This document shows, in pieces, positions 25,632 to 39,174 of a stretch of DNA of 64,000 nt. The position numbers were made by a program, and so were the translations under genes. The stretch spans positions 212,972,001 to 213,036,000 of the forward strand of contig NC_086097.1 of NCBI RefSeq assembly GCF_963921235.1. The letters run 5' to 3'. Each line of letters opens with the position of its first letter. Within the stretch, counting starts at the first letter, position 1. The notes under the pieces were generated by a model, which worked only from the letters and a program-made list of their open reading frames with translations, ran no database searches and was not told the DNA's origin. The stretch comes from Mobula hypostoma (Eukaryota).

Positions 25632-26414
25632 AGGCTGATTTATACTTGTGTGTCAAATGTACGCTGTAGGTACGGCATAGCCTCGAAACCTACGCAGTGC
25701 CTACGCGGATCCTTACGCCATAGCCTGGCGCACACCTCTCCCAAGATGTAACTGCGCGTCACGGCAACGCAGACCGAAACAACTGTGATTGGTCCGCTTG
25801 GTAGCATCGCATTTCCCCCTACGCTGCAATAGCTTCCCATTGGGTGACTGAAGGGCAGGGAAGGAACTCTGGCTGCAATGCTTTCCATAAAGCTTTACAG
25901 ACCTCCGAAATTATGGAGGACACATTTCGCTTTTACGAAAGACCTACATCAGTACCTGTTTTCGTTAACCAAAAGAGGATGTTTGCTTTTACGAAAAAGA
26001 CGTTCACTTTAAACTTGTTTACCCCGAGAAAGACTACCATGACCATGAAACCTTGCACAGGCAGGCGTGTGCGCATGTGTGACATGCGAAGGCATGATGT
26101 GCACATGCGTGTACATGCCGATTTTTTTCAACAAATCAATTTTGGCTCAAAATTCTCGGTTCTGTTAAGTGATACCACACTGTACATACAGAAAATTCAC
26201 CTTCCTTCAGTTTCAGTCGCCGTTGTTTGAAGTTTGAGTTTCAACACGAAGAAACTCAACACAGTGGTATAGAAACCCCACCACCAACGGCATTTTGGCG
26301 GTGAATTGCAGAGCGACGCAGACACACCAACGCACAAGTATAAATGCTCACAACGGCATAGCCCACTTGCGTAGGCTATGGCGTAAACTAGTACGCACAG
26401 GTATAAATCAGCCT
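25632..26414. mobile_element. PIF/Harbinger-type MITE
   Basis: TIRs AGGCTGATTTATACTTGTG / CACAGGTATAAATCAGCCT (18/19); TAA TSD at 25629-25631 and 26415-26417; CpG-rich; no transposase. Confidence 0.85.
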
Positions 26415-26739
26415 TAAGTCTGATTCCATCAGTCAAGAGGGACTGTGAAAAACCAAGCTCAAGTTCAGCTGCTCACAGAAAATTGTTACCATCTGATGCT
26501 TTCCCCAGGATGACCTGCAAGCCGTCAAATGAACCAAAAGATCTACAGTAGAAGGAATCTCAGTGAAGAATGTGATCCAGCAAGGCAGCATCATTGTCCC
26601 AATACATTTTCTAGTCTTTCTTACACATTGTTGGGTCTTCCCTCCAACAAACTTCCCATGGAGTGTAACTATTCTTTAGAACCAGCAAGAACGCATTCAT
26701 CCTGTGATAACCAAACCCAGTTTAGCACCTTCCTACTGG

Positions 26740-27300
26740 TTCACATGCTCAGAAGTTGAGCTTGAAACCAACCAGTGTGGCTTCATGAGACCATAAAAGA
26801 GGATGGGCCTTACATTCAATGTTCACAAGACAAAGTCTCTCCTCCAACCTGCCTCTGATGCAGCACACTGTCATCCAACAATAAAGATTCACTGAGAACG
26901 TGGACAAGGTCCCGTACTTCAGATGCCATCTCTCAGGAGAATGGAGACACCATTGATGGAATTCAGCATTATCTTTAAAAAGTAAAATACACATTTGGTT
27001 CATTAAGGAAAACTGGAGTTTGAAGATCAAGAAATCAGACCTGTTACACAAAATTTATGGTCTACAAAACAGCAATGATCCCTGCCCTTCTATATGTTTC
27101 TGCGATCTCGACTATATTTGGAGGCATCGCAAGGCAACAAGAATGTCCTGTCTAGACCAAATCCTCCAAACTCGCCGCAAGGACACGTGACTAACATGTC
27201 TAGCTTAGAGACTCCAGTAACAATCAGTTAGCTACATTGGTAAAGCCACTTCATTTATATTTCAATTCCAGACTTCCGATACCAATACTTTATTCTGAAG
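26740..27300 (+). mobile_element. Old RTE LINE 3' fragment
   Basis: ENVDKVPYF, TKFMVYKTAMIPALLYVS, LPIPILYSE remnants. Confidence 0.55.
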
Positions 27301-27514
27301 GATAGAGTCTATAAATCAACAGCATAGTCAATGCAGTTGGTAAAGAGAACTTTGAGCCTTATAGTGCAGGATCAACCTAATAACCCTTTACCAGTTACTG
27401 AGTGATAGTCATGGTTTGGGCACCACTTATTTTGTAAATGAGTTCTGATTTCTATGCAATAAGGAAACTACCAAACTGATTTGTATTAAACAGATGAAAT
27501 TGTCAGAGTGAGAA

Positions 27515-27655
27515 ATTCTGCCCTAAAACATTCGACTTGAACCAAAATATCGACTGTTTATTCTTTTCTATAGGTGCTGCCTGACCGCTGAGTTCCTCCA
27601 GCATTTTCTATGAGTTACTCTGGATTTCCAGCATCTGCAGAAGCTGTTGTCTTCA
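27515..27655 (+). mobile_element. Penelope-like tail fragment with decayed hammerhead
   Basis: TCGACTG...TGCTGCCTGACCGCTGAGTTCCTCCAGCA...CCAGCATCTGCAGA matches 55254-55380. Confidence 0.6.
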
Positions 27656-28024
27656 CAATCAGAGCTGTTCTGAAATTAGAGATAATTTCAGCTTATAGAA
27701 TTGAAATAAATTGAAGCTTTTTATCCATGTATCACTTTAAAGGTTTCCTTTTAACATTATTACCAGCTAATAATTTTCATTCAGGCTGCTTAACTTAATT
27801 GTCAGAAAAGTCTACAACCAAGTGTATATGATAATTTACTATGCTAGATTCATTCAATCCACTTCTAAATTAAGTCAGCATGCCAAATTTTCTTAAGTAC
27901 AGTATAATGCAAAGATTTAGTATTTATATACTATATATATAATAAACAATAGATACCACATATATTAATAAAGCACTAATCTTCACATTGTAAAATGTGA
28001 AATTTTCATAGTTCCTTGAAATTT

Positions 28025-30435
28025 TGGACACAACATTGCAGATCAATGGCCTCACCATTTTCAGCAAAGACAGGACATCTCAGTCTCTTGAAGGCAGAGG
28101 AGGTGGAGTAATGGTTAACTCATTGCGCTGCACTAATGTAGCAGTTCTTTCTCGGCCCTGCTCACCAAACTTGGAACATCTAGAGGTCAATTGTTGTCCA
28201 CTTCATCTGCTGAGGGAGTTTTCTGCCATTCCCTATGGTGTATGTTCCAACTCAGGCCAACATCAGGCAGGCACTAGAGGAGCCGTACAACGTTATCTGC
28301 AGGCACAAACTTGAGCGCCCTGATGCCCTCCTTATTATTGAGGGCGATTTCAATCAGGCCACCTTGAAGAAGTCTCTGAACAACTACCAACAATATATCG
28401 CCTGTAGAACTACAGGAGCCAACACACATGACTATCAAGTACGCTTACCATGCTATCCTACGCCCGCACATTGAAGAGTCTGATCACCTGGCCAGAGTTC
28501 TACTCCAAGAATATAGGCAGGCACTAAAGACTGCAGCACCAGTGGTGAGGGCCAAGGAGGTATGGTGAAGAGAAGCAGAGAAGCGCTTACGGGACTGCTT
28601 TCTTTCGGTGGGATGGGCAGTATTCAGGGATTCATCATCGAGTCTGAATGAATATAACACAGTTGTCACCGACTTCATCAAGACCTGTGTGGGTGAGTTT
28701 GTGTCTTTGAGAATGTACCAGACATACCCAAACCAAAAGCTGCGGATGAACCAGGAAATTTGAACTCTGTTGACGGCTGGCTCTATGGCATTCAAGACTG
28801 GTGATCCAAAACTATAGAAAAAGTTCAGGTACATCCTACAGAAGGCTATTTTAAGAGTGAGAAGACATTTTTGATTAAAATGAGAGGCAGAATTGGACAC
28901 ACATCTGTTCTAGCAGGGTATGCAGACCATTATTTCCTATAAAGCAAAAGCTAACATCATGAATGGCGTAATGCTTCACTCCCTGATGAGCTCAAGGCCT
29001 TTTATGTACACTTTGAAAGGGAGAATAAACTACACCTGTGTGAATCCCTGCAGCATCTGGTAACCCTGTGGTCTCCGTCTTGGAGGGTGGCATCAGCACA
29101 TCTTTCAAGAGGGTGAACCTTTGCAAGGAATCAGGCTCTGATGATGTATCTGTAATGGCTCTGAAAACTGTGCCAACCAACTAGCGGGAATGTTCAAGGA
29201 CATCTTCAGTGTCTCTCTGCTGCAGTTGGAGGTTCTCAACTGCTTCAAAAGGTTGACTATCAGGGAGAGAAGAGTGAGCAGCATTAATGACTACCGTCCA
29301 GTAGCACTCACATCTACAGTGATGAAGTGTTTTGAGAGTTTGGTCATGGCCAGAATCAACTCTTGCCTATGCAAGGACCTGGACCAGCTGCAATTTGCCT
29401 ATCGCCACAATAGGTCTCCAGCGGATGCAATCTCTTGGCTCTCCACTTGGCCTTGGATCACCTGAACAGTAGTACAATCTACGCCAGACGGCAGTTTATT
29501 GACTACATCTCAGCATTCAACACCATCATACCCTCAGTTTTAATCAACAAGCTCCAAAATCTGGGCCTCTGCACCTTCCTCTACAAGTGGACGCTTGACT
29601 TCCTCATTGGGAGACCACAGTCTTATGTGGATTAGAAGGAACATCTTCTCCTTGCAGATAATCAACACCAGTGCATCTCAAGGATGCATGCTTATCCCAC
29701 TGCTCTACTCTATCTACACCTTGCACTTAACTAAGACCAAGGAATTAATTGTGGACTTCAGGAAGGGAAATGAAGGGAACACACACCAGTCCTCATCAAG
29801 GGGTCAGAAGTGGACAGGGTGAGCAGTTTCAAGCTCCTGGATGTCAACGTCTCTGAGGATCTATCCTGTGGGCCCAAAATATTGATGAAATGACAAAGGC
29901 AGCACAACAATGGCCATATTTCATTAGGAGTTTGAGGAGAATTAGTATATCACCAAGGACACTCACAAATTTCTACAGATATACTGTGGCAGCACTCTAA
30001 CTAGTCCAATCACCATCTGATATGGAGGGTCCACTGCAAAGGATTGGAAAAAGTTGCAGAAAATTGTAAACTCAGCCAGCGACATCATGAGCATTAGTCT
30101 CCCAAGCATCCAAGACACCATCAAAAGGCGATGCCTCAGAAAGGTGACATCCATCATTAAGGACACTCGTCACACAGGACATGCCTTCTTTTCATTGCTA
30201 CCATCAAGGAGGAAGTACAGGAGCCTGAAGACACACACTCACCATTTCAGGAGTAACTTCTTCCCCTCTGCCATCAGATTTCTGAGTGGACATTGAACGC
30301 ATGGACACCACCTTGGTATTTTTCCCTCTCTTTTTATGCTACTTAATTAATTTGATTCTCTTTATATATAGTGAAATGTACTGCTCTGCCAAACAACAAA
30401 ATTGCAGAAGGCAATGATATTAAACATGATTCTGA
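28025..30435 (+). mobile_element. Rex1/Babar LINE (APE and RT), decayed
   Basis: GGGV, VYVP, GDFN (APE); [36 protein letters not shown] (RT, catalytic region deleted); PSRRKYRSL. Confidence 0.9.
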
Positions 30436-31489
30436 ATAAAGATTTAGTTGTTAAGAACACTTTGTTCTCAAAATGGTTTATAGTATTTCAATGTGTGCGA
30501 AAGTGTTCTGAATATTTTACTTGAGCAAAGCTACTTTAAATAATGCTCAAAATATTGATACTAAGGCAATTGTAATGAACAAGATTAACCTGTTGCCAGA
30601 GGATTGGAGGAATTTATTTAATTGAACACTGTCAGGTTACATATAAAGACTACAGTGTACTCAATCTGATCCAGCTTCTACAAAATGAAACCAACATTAT
30701 CCTGATTCTGTGCTGTGACTGATGAAACCAAAAGAATCTGTATCCAAAACAGTCACCATTACATTAAGATACTGACATAAGCACAGGAGATTATCCCATT
30801 CAAGAAAATGCGAAATCAATGCAAATATATCACATTTCAAAGTGAGAAGCCAAAATCACATTTTATGCACCTAATCATAATATGTCAACAATGTCATAAC
30901 TGAACCTTTGTTGCCTATGTGATTTTCTTGTTTGATGTAATAATGGATATTCTACTGTAAAAGACAAACTGTTGAAGATAGATCAGAAATTAACAAGATA
31001 ATGAGAAACCACTGTATTAGGATATGCATCCCATGGTACAATGCACAACAGGTCTATCATATTGCAAGTTAAAACCTCATATATTCAAAGTCAAACAATG
31101 ATTTCGTTCTTCCCGGTAAATCTAAAGCAGCCTATAATATATGCAGTGCAATACGTTGTAATGATAAACTTCGAATATAATTCCTGAAGATGAGCTGTGA
31201 GTAATAAATGCTGTGTTTCTTGATGTATAGATTTTTTAAATTCATAATAAACATTCATCATTTACTGTTTTGTTTGAAAATGGGCAATGATTTTAAACAA
31301 ATGGTTCTGCAGCAACACCGTGGCACATTCATAAATCTAGCAAATGGTTCGCAGGCTGGATCACATCTGTTGACTACTGTTAACCTTTTCAAAGCCATAT
31401 TCTCAGGATATATGTTGGGAAATGCAAAATATACTTTGTTCTTAAATTATGGCAGGATTAAGAATGTGCAAGGACTTGATAGATGCATA

Positions 31490-32980
31490 TAAAACATAGA
31501 ACGTAGAACAGTAAAGAACTGGTCAGACCAGTTGGCCCACAATGTTGTGCCATTCTTGATGCCAATTTATACAGAAAGTTCTCCTCCTGTGCATCATCAA
31601 TATCCCTCCATTCCATTCATGTACATGTGTCTATCCTGGTAAACAAAGATGAGAAAATCTGCCGATATTGGAAATCGAAGCAACGCACATACAAAATGCT
31701 GGAGGAAGTCAGCAGGCCGAGCAGTGTCTAAGGAAAAGTGTAAATAGTCAGTGTTTTGGGCTTTCTTCACAATCTCCACATCCTTCTTATAACGGGATGA
31801 CCAGAATTGCATGCAATACGCCTATTGTGGTCTGACCGAGAATTTATATAGCTACAGCATGAATCCCTTATTCTTATACTCAGCACCCCTGTCAATAAAG
31901 GTAAGCATGTCGTACCATTTCCTTACTGCTTTATCCACTTGTGAAGCCACTTTCAGTGAATTATGGATCCCTCTGTACCTCGATTCTACCATTAACTATA
32001 TACTTTCTCCTTTCCTGTGACTTTCCAAAATGAAATACCTCAAATTTGCTTGGTTTAAACTTCATCTGCTATATCTCTTCTCATAGCTATATCCTGCATA
32101 ATTCTTAGATAGGTCATTACACTGTCCATAATTTCACCAATCTTGGTGGCATCCACAAACTTACTAAACCATCCATCGAGATCATTGCTATATGTCACCA
32201 ACAACAGAGTTCCCAGCACCACCACTGGTCACAGACCTCCAGCCAGAATAACAACCTTTCACCCTTACTTTCTTCTTTATGTGAGCAAGCCAGGTTTTAA
32301 TCCAAACTTGCAACACACCCTGGATCACGTGCATCTTTATCTTCTGAATAAGCCTACCACGAGCAGCCTTGTCAATTGCCTTATTAAGGTTGACATCGAT
32401 AGCGACCACTCCCTTAACCTCTTCAAGTGCCTTTGACACATACTCAACAAACTCAATCAAGTTTGCAAAAACTAATCTGCCCCACACAGACTTCCCCTAA
32501 GCAGGCCATGCCTTTTCAAATGCACATAAATCGAATCCCTTAGTATCCTCTCAAATAGTTTCAGTAGCATTAACGTGAGGTTCACTGCCCTATAGTTACC
32601 TGGATCATCCTTAATTCTTTTCTTGAATAAAGACACAACCTCTGGGAACTTGCCTGTCGCTAATGAGGACACAAAGTTATTTGGCCAAACCCCAACAATC
32701 TCCTCACTTTCTTCTTTAAATATTCTGGAATACATGCCAACAGGCCCTGAAGATTTATCCACCTTAATGTTTTTCAGAAAACCCAGTACTTTCGTCTCTT
32801 CATCTCAAAATTTCTCAGCTTGTTGGCATGCCCCAGTCTGATTTCACCATCCTCCAACTCCTTTTCCTTGATAAATATTGACATAACATATTCATTTACT
32901 TCCTCAACCACTTGTCTCTGACTCCAAGCACAAATTCTTTTCTTTAAACTTGATTAGGCCTGCTTACCACTTAGTTATAC
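31490..32980 (-). mobile_element. CR1 LINE RT and 3' fragment
   Basis: DKSSGPVGM...LFKK...DPGNYRAVNLT, NLIEF, WRSVTSG, MQFWS. Confidence 0.8.
31640..31762 (-). mobile_element. Penelope-like tail inserted in the CR1
   Basis: AAAATGCTGGAGGAAGTCAGCAGGCCGAGCAG is the reverse of the tail family; it ends within the hammerhead region. Confidence 0.65.
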
Positions 32981-32999
32981 ATAATATAAACACAAAATG

Positions 33000-33930
33000 A
33001 ATCTGAATCGAAATCAGGTTTAATTTCACTGGTTTACGTCATGAAATTTGTTGTTTTATGGCAGCAGTACATTGCAGTACATTTAACTGTAAATTACAAA
33101 AAGAAGTTTATCTTTATTTAATTAAATAAGTAGAGAAAAAAAAAAGAAAAAAATTGAGGTAGTGTGCAGGGTTCAACATCCATTCAGAAACCCCGAGAGA
33201 AGAGAGAAGCCCTTCCTAAAACATTGAGTATGTGTTTTTTGTGTTCCTCTAATTCCTCGTTGATGGTAGCAATGAAAAGAGGACATGTCCTGGGTCATGG
33301 GGGTCTTTAATGATGGATGCCACCTGTTTATGGCATCACGTTTTGAAGATGTCCTCGATGCAGGAAAAGCTAGGGCCCATGAAGGAGATGGCTGAGTTCG
33401 CAACTTTCTGCAGCTTTTTCTGATTCTATGCAGTCACCCCTCCATAACAGATGGTGATGTATCCAGTTAGAATATTTTTCTCGGTTCATCCGTAGAAATT
33501 TTCAAGAGCCTTAAGTGTCATACCAAGTCTCTTCAAACTCCTTATGAAATATAGCCACCGCCGTGTCTTCTTTATAATTGCATCAATATGTTGGGCCCAG
33601 AATAGACCTTCAGAGATCTTGATACTCAGGAACATGAAACTGTTCACCCTTCCCACTGCTGATCTCTTGATGAGAACTGGTGTGTGCCCTCATTTGGAAA
33701 TCCACAATCAATTCTTTGGTCTTACTGACATTGAGAGCAAGGTTGTTGTTCAAACACCACTCAAACAGCTGATCTACCTCACTCTTGTATGTCTCTTCCT
33801 CACCATCTTAAACTCTGCCAACAATAATTACATCATTGGTAAATTTATAAATGGCGTTTTAGCCTTGCCAAGCCACTCAGAGAGCAGAGTATTGTGATAA
33901 GCACACATTCTTGAGGTGCATCAGCAAGAA
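33000..33930 (-). mobile_element. Rex1/Babar 3' fragment
   Basis: Reverse of the 48485-49850 family; GAATCTGAATC tail; YKFTNDV from YKFADDT. Confidence 0.85.
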
Positions 33931-34099
33931 AGAAATTGTTCTATGTCTAATATTTCAGTAGTATTTGAGTAATCCTGTAAATATGTTGTTGATTAAGCAT
34001 TCTTTGTTTGTTTAAATTCTGATTCAAGTGAATTCTGATTAGCTGGTTTTCAAACAAGTCCCATATGTCAGATGTGGACTGTTCCCAATCAACACCCTT

Positions 34100-34680
34100 C
34101 AGCGCCTCTCTTACCCTGTCCTCCCAAAATTTAGTATCTTCCCATAACTTCCAATTTTACCCTTACTCATAACTATCTTGAAATATAATGCACTGTGGTC
34201 ATTATTCCCAAAATGTCCACTCACTATCAGTATGTCGCATGGCCTGGCTCACCTCTCAAAACCACATCCAGATGGTTTGGTCTCTCCATGTATTGTTTCA
34301 GGAATCTCTCTTGGGTGCACTGAAGAAATCCTGCCACATCTAAGCCTCTTGCATTAAGGAAGTTCCAGTCAATACTGGGGAAGTTAAAGTCTCTCACTTT
34401 GAGAATTCTGTTGTTTCTGCACCTGTCCGTAATCTATTCATGTATCTATTCCTCCACCACTCGGTGTCTATTTAGGGGAGGGGGGGGTCTATAGTGTAAT
34501 CCTATCAGTGTCGTTTCAAAGCTCCAACCTAATTGACTCTGTGGATAAGCCTTCCAGTGTGTCCTCTGAGTATTGCTATGACATTCTTCCTTTTCAATAG
34601 TGCAAACCTCTTTAACACCCTCGCTATCATGTCTAAACCAACAAAACCCAGGGACACTGAGTTTGTCTCTCACACAATCT
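34100..34680 (-). mobile_element. CR1 endonuclease fragment
   Basis: Reverse VPGFCWFRHD, LIGLHYRPP, VRDFNFP. Confidence 0.65.
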
Positions 34681-34699
34681 GATCTCTGTAATTCTCTGA

Positions 34700-35045
34700 A
34701 TTAATATAAGATCCCAAAGGGGCTTGATAGAATGGATTTTAAGATGATGTTTACTCTTACGCAAGAATCTAGAAATAGGGGTTCCTGTTTAAAAAATAAA
34801 AGCTGCCCATTTAAGACAGAGCTGATGCAATTTTTTTTCTGAGGTTTATGTTCTTTAGAATTCTTTTTCACACAGAGAAGCCTTTGAATATTTTTAAGAC
34901 AGGGATGGTTACCTGGAAACATGATGTGGAAGGGTACCAAGGGTAGACAGAAATGCAGAGTTAAGGTTAATGACAAGTTAATGTCAGAACAGCCATGATC
35001 TTATTAGTGGTGACCTACTCCTGCTCTTAACTTTAGTGTTCATGG
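34700..35045 (+). mobile_element. Old CR1 3' end
   Basis: YKIPKGLDRMD...ESRNRG...FKTELMQ; CCTACTCCTGCTC tail. Confidence 0.6.
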
Positions 35046-35199
35046 GCTTAATGGTGTAGTAATTGCAAAACTTCCAAAGCTTGTATCAAGGATATTCTTT
35101 TGATGTCAAATATGCAGTGTATAATCATTTTTAATTTTCTGCAATAATTTTTTCATGTCTTCCAGGTTAACAGTTTTGATGACTGAGATACCTATTATA

Positions 35200-36600
35200 A
35201 ATTCAAAGTACAAATTAAATTTATTATCAAAGTGCATATATATCACTAGATACAACACTGAGATTCATTTTCTTGTGGACAATCACAGTAAATACAAGAA
35301 ACAGTATAGAAACCATGAAAGATTGCACTTAACTGAGCAGACAATAACCAATGTGCAAAAAAACAACAGCATATTGAACAAGTATAAAAAGAGAGAAAAA
35401 ATAAATAATAATAATAATGATAAATTAGCAAAAAATATTAAGACCATGAGATGAAGCATCCTTGAAAGTGAGTCCTGTTCAGACTGAAATCACAGGGTCA
35501 TCGGGCGTTGTGGGTGTTTGCGTAAGTTCTTCCATGTTTTGATGGTTAAAGTGAGCATAAAAGGCATTGAGCTCATCTGGAAGCGAAGGCTGTTGTTACA
35601 TAAGTCACATGGTTTCACTTTGTAGGAGGTGATAGCATCCAAGCTCTGCTACAGCTGTGGAGCATCCATCAGTAATTCAAGTTTGATCAGAATTGCCACT
35701 TCGCACATGAGATGATTTTCCGGAGATCATTCCTGCACCTCTTGTATTTAACTTGGCCGACAAACCTGAATGCCACTGATCTGGCTCTCAGCAGTTTGCA
35801 GATCTCATAGTTCATCCAGGGCTACTAGTTAGGGAAGACTCTGAATGATTTTTTGGGGACACAGTTGTCAACCACTCTTTTTATTAAGTTCCTGACAACT
35901 GCGGTGTATTTATTCAGATCCTCTGATGAGTCCTTGAACTCAAAGCATCCCATAACTGCTCCTCAGCCTCCCATGACCACCTCTTTGTTATCTTATCTCT
36001 GGAGGCTTGCTCTTTAACCTCTGCCTGTCTGCAGGTAGGAGAAGAACAGCTAAGTTATCAAATTTTCCAAAATGTGGTCTAGGCATGGAATAGCAGGCAT
36101 TTCTAATCGTAGTGATCGAGTGTGTTGGGACCCCTGGTGCTGCAAGTGATATGTTGATGAAAATTCTGCACAGTTTTCTTCAAACAAGCCTGATTGAAGT
36201 CCTCAACAATTATTAGTAAAGTGTCAGGGTAGACTGTTTTTTGTTTGTTGATTGCAGCATTCAATACATTGAGTGTTTTTTAAAAAATTTCTGCTTTTGG
36301 TGTTATGTAAACTGCGGTCAGGATCATAGAGAGAATCCAAAAGAAGATGCGCCAGTGAACAATGCTACCATGGGTGACATCCTCAAGATGGTCCATGAAA
36401 CTGCTGCTTTCACTTCATTTACATCCTCTTTTTCCTTCAAATGCAGTTGTGGTACTGTTGGAGCTGTGATCTACAGTTTGATGGGTGCGTTTTTGAGCCA
36501 ACTGAGTGATTTAGCACTTTCCTGTCTCCGAGAGGATTCTGGGAAGCGAGTAGCCTCCTCCAGGCCAAGAAGCTTGGAGACAGGGCACAAGCCATTTCAC
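35200..36600 (-). mobile_element. Internally deleted Rex1/Babar element
   Basis: Tail TTCAAAGTACAAATTAAATTTATTATC joined to a reverse 5' ORF part (FPN.PWMN, DFNQA). Confidence 0.7.
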
Positions 36601-36609
36601 ACTGATCTT

Positions 36610-37175
36610 GCTGATTAAAGCAGCGAGGAAGATTGAAAACTTCAGTGAGTGTTCAGCTCCGTCCACCAGCCTCTCACTGGCAGCTGTCAGAGAAGGTGTC
36701 TCTGTGCGATGGCCTGACTCTCCATCTCATTCACTGCTGCCGAAGGCAGTTCTCTGTGTTGAAGTGATCTCTCTCTCCCTCAGTGCTGTCGGAGGACGGT
36801 GCCAGAGCAAGGTTTAATCGACACGGTTTGTGGATTGGACTGTAGTTCACAATACGATGTGCTTTCTGGTTCTGCTAGCTCCTTTCTCTGTTGTTATTTT
36901 GGTCAGCGATGAATCAGGGTGGCCTGCAGATAATGAACACTGAACTGAACTGAATATGCACTCTTTCATTTTTGTGTTTTATATGCTGTACTTTTGCTCG
37001 TTCTTTTTTGATGCCGTTTGCGTGATTTTTTGTTTGCACATGGAGGGAGGTTGACGTTTCCCTTTGTATGGGCTCTATGGCTATCATTGTTTCATGGCTG
37101 TCTGTGAGGAAGACAAATCTCAGGGCTGTATATTGTATACACACTTTGATAATTAATGTATTTTGAATCATTTCA
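36610..37175 (+). mobile_element. Non-coding retroposon with Rex1-type tail
   Basis: Ends ATCTCAGGGCTGTATATTGTATACACACTTTGATAAT...TTTGAA, the reverse complement of the 35200 and 61345 tails. Confidence 0.5.
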
Positions 37176-37496
37176 ACCCTTTGAGAACTCTCTTGGTAAG
37201 CAGAGCAGTCAGCACTTAATCATCAGATGTTCCAGGTCAGGGGAACAAGAGTGCGGCATGACCACTGAACCTGAGCGCCACAAAGCGTTTATTCTGGAAC
37301 ACAGACCCTCACCTTTTGCATTCTCCAAATCAAGGGCACACTACATACAGTTTTGGATTCATTTAAGTTAATGGCAATTAACTCATGTTGCTGTTATCTA
37401 GTTTTAATCAAACTTGTTGGCAGAATAAAGTAGCATAACTGAAGAATGCAAAATGGGAGAATTGATAATATTTATTTTTTATTTTTCACAACTTAC

Positions 37497-37525
37497 TTGA
37501 GACTCTTCCAGGAAGCCTCAATCAA
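37497..37525 (-). CDS. Candidate 29-nt micro-exon (LIEASWKSL) of an unidentified host gene
   Basis: gtggtttttcag|TTGATTGAGGCTTCCTGGAAGAGTCTCAA|gtaagt; only phase 0 is open; lies in repeat-free sequence. Confidence 0.35.
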
Positions 37526-39174
37526 CTGAAAAACCACAATGGGCTAGTCACATGTAGGAAACAGGATGGATCAACAAATAGAATAATTCTCAATTGTCAG
37601 CACAATGCCATTTCTGAAATGTCATAATGTTGACTGTTGTCAGTGAAAATAGCCCAGATCTTTAAGATATCTCCTTTTTGTGCAGACAGAAGAGTTTTCC
37701 TTTCAAGTGCAAATTACCACAGCATATTTGAAGTACATACCACCTTTCAAAATGTAATTTCAAGTAATCTCGCCACAATTTTAAAGATGGTCTTTTGAAA
37801 CCAGTAAGGCTAATCCAATAATTGTGTATGTTTAAAATCACCTATAGATGTCCTAGTCCTGTCATATTAGAAGTCTTCAGTTCATTCAGAAATTGTTACT
37901 ATGCAGCTAAGCATCATCACTTAAATCACAGACAGCATTGCCACACTCAGATGTTGCTTCATTTTAGTAGTAGTTTGAAGATGGCCATTGAAACTGAAAT
38001 AATGCCAAACATCTGTCCTCCATGTCCCCTTGAAAATAACATAAATGCAAATACATATACAGTGCAAGATAAGTTTACAATGATGAGAGTGAACTGAGAG
38101 AGGGAAATGGCAAAAGCCTTTGATTAATAGAATAAATGAAATGAAATAAAAACGTTTGGAAATTCACTTGCTTACAATCTAGGGTATTAAAAACCCACTC
38201 TGCATTATCTGAGTGCTATTTTAAAATTGAAACCTATTCTCATGCAGCAAAGCCTACTAAAACCTCCAAGAGAATTTTGTGCACATACAACTTTGGAGAT
38301 ACAGCTCCACAACAAAACAGCCTATGCATTTCACTTTCCAGATGGATAACCAATCGTATTTTGATTTCACATGAAAAAGCTTCAAACAAAAAATACCTCA
38401 GATGCAGGAAAACAACATTAACAAAATATGATGGACCTACTTAGCAGGCCAGGCAGAGTCTATGGAGAGTAAAACAGAGTATACATCCGAGATTTCAGAG
38501 TTTGTCATTATCAGTATGACAATTTTCACATTTATTATCATTTGATGAATTTTTCTATGGAATTAGAACCCATGTATATAATAAACGACTGGTAGGCAGT
38601 AATTCTGGTTTAGTGAAATATTCGAAGCTCATACCACAGAATGTAAGACTGTGAAGGACACCTCACTGAGTGTTTTCACCTGATTACAATGGAGAGGGCT
38701 GCAAATGGTGCAGCCTATGGAGGAATGGTGAATTTCCGACAGCAAATTTGGACTTCAGCTCCACACAGAACATGCACCGAAACTCTAATGTCACTCCCGA
38801 TTTTGTGCAATGAGTGGCAAATATAGTTTCACCTTCACTATAATTGCAAAGTTCAGTGCAAAGCTTTTGGTCTGCGGCCTTCTGTCAAAACTGAAAAGTG
38901 TTGCCAAAGTAACAGCAAAGATAAACAAAACCAAAGTTGAGTCCAAGGGAACAGGAAATAACAAGATCATTACCAGAAATTATTGATTAAAACACGGGAA
39001 ATGATTTAAAGTTAATCGGTGCACCAATTGTGAGTTGGAGAGCGGGGAAGGTTCAGGCATAAAAGGGAGACACTGGAGCGGTCATCGACGGAGTAGTCTG
39101 AGGCAGGGTGGTAGGGCTTTGAGAGTTAAGTGGACTTAGTTTATTCTTTACTTTTTTTTGGAGGAATAGAGAGC

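Noticed and set aside
33155..33175. TGAGGTAG let-7 seed
   Set aside because: Lies inside the Rex1 3' UTR (also at 45888), with no mature let-7 match or hairpin
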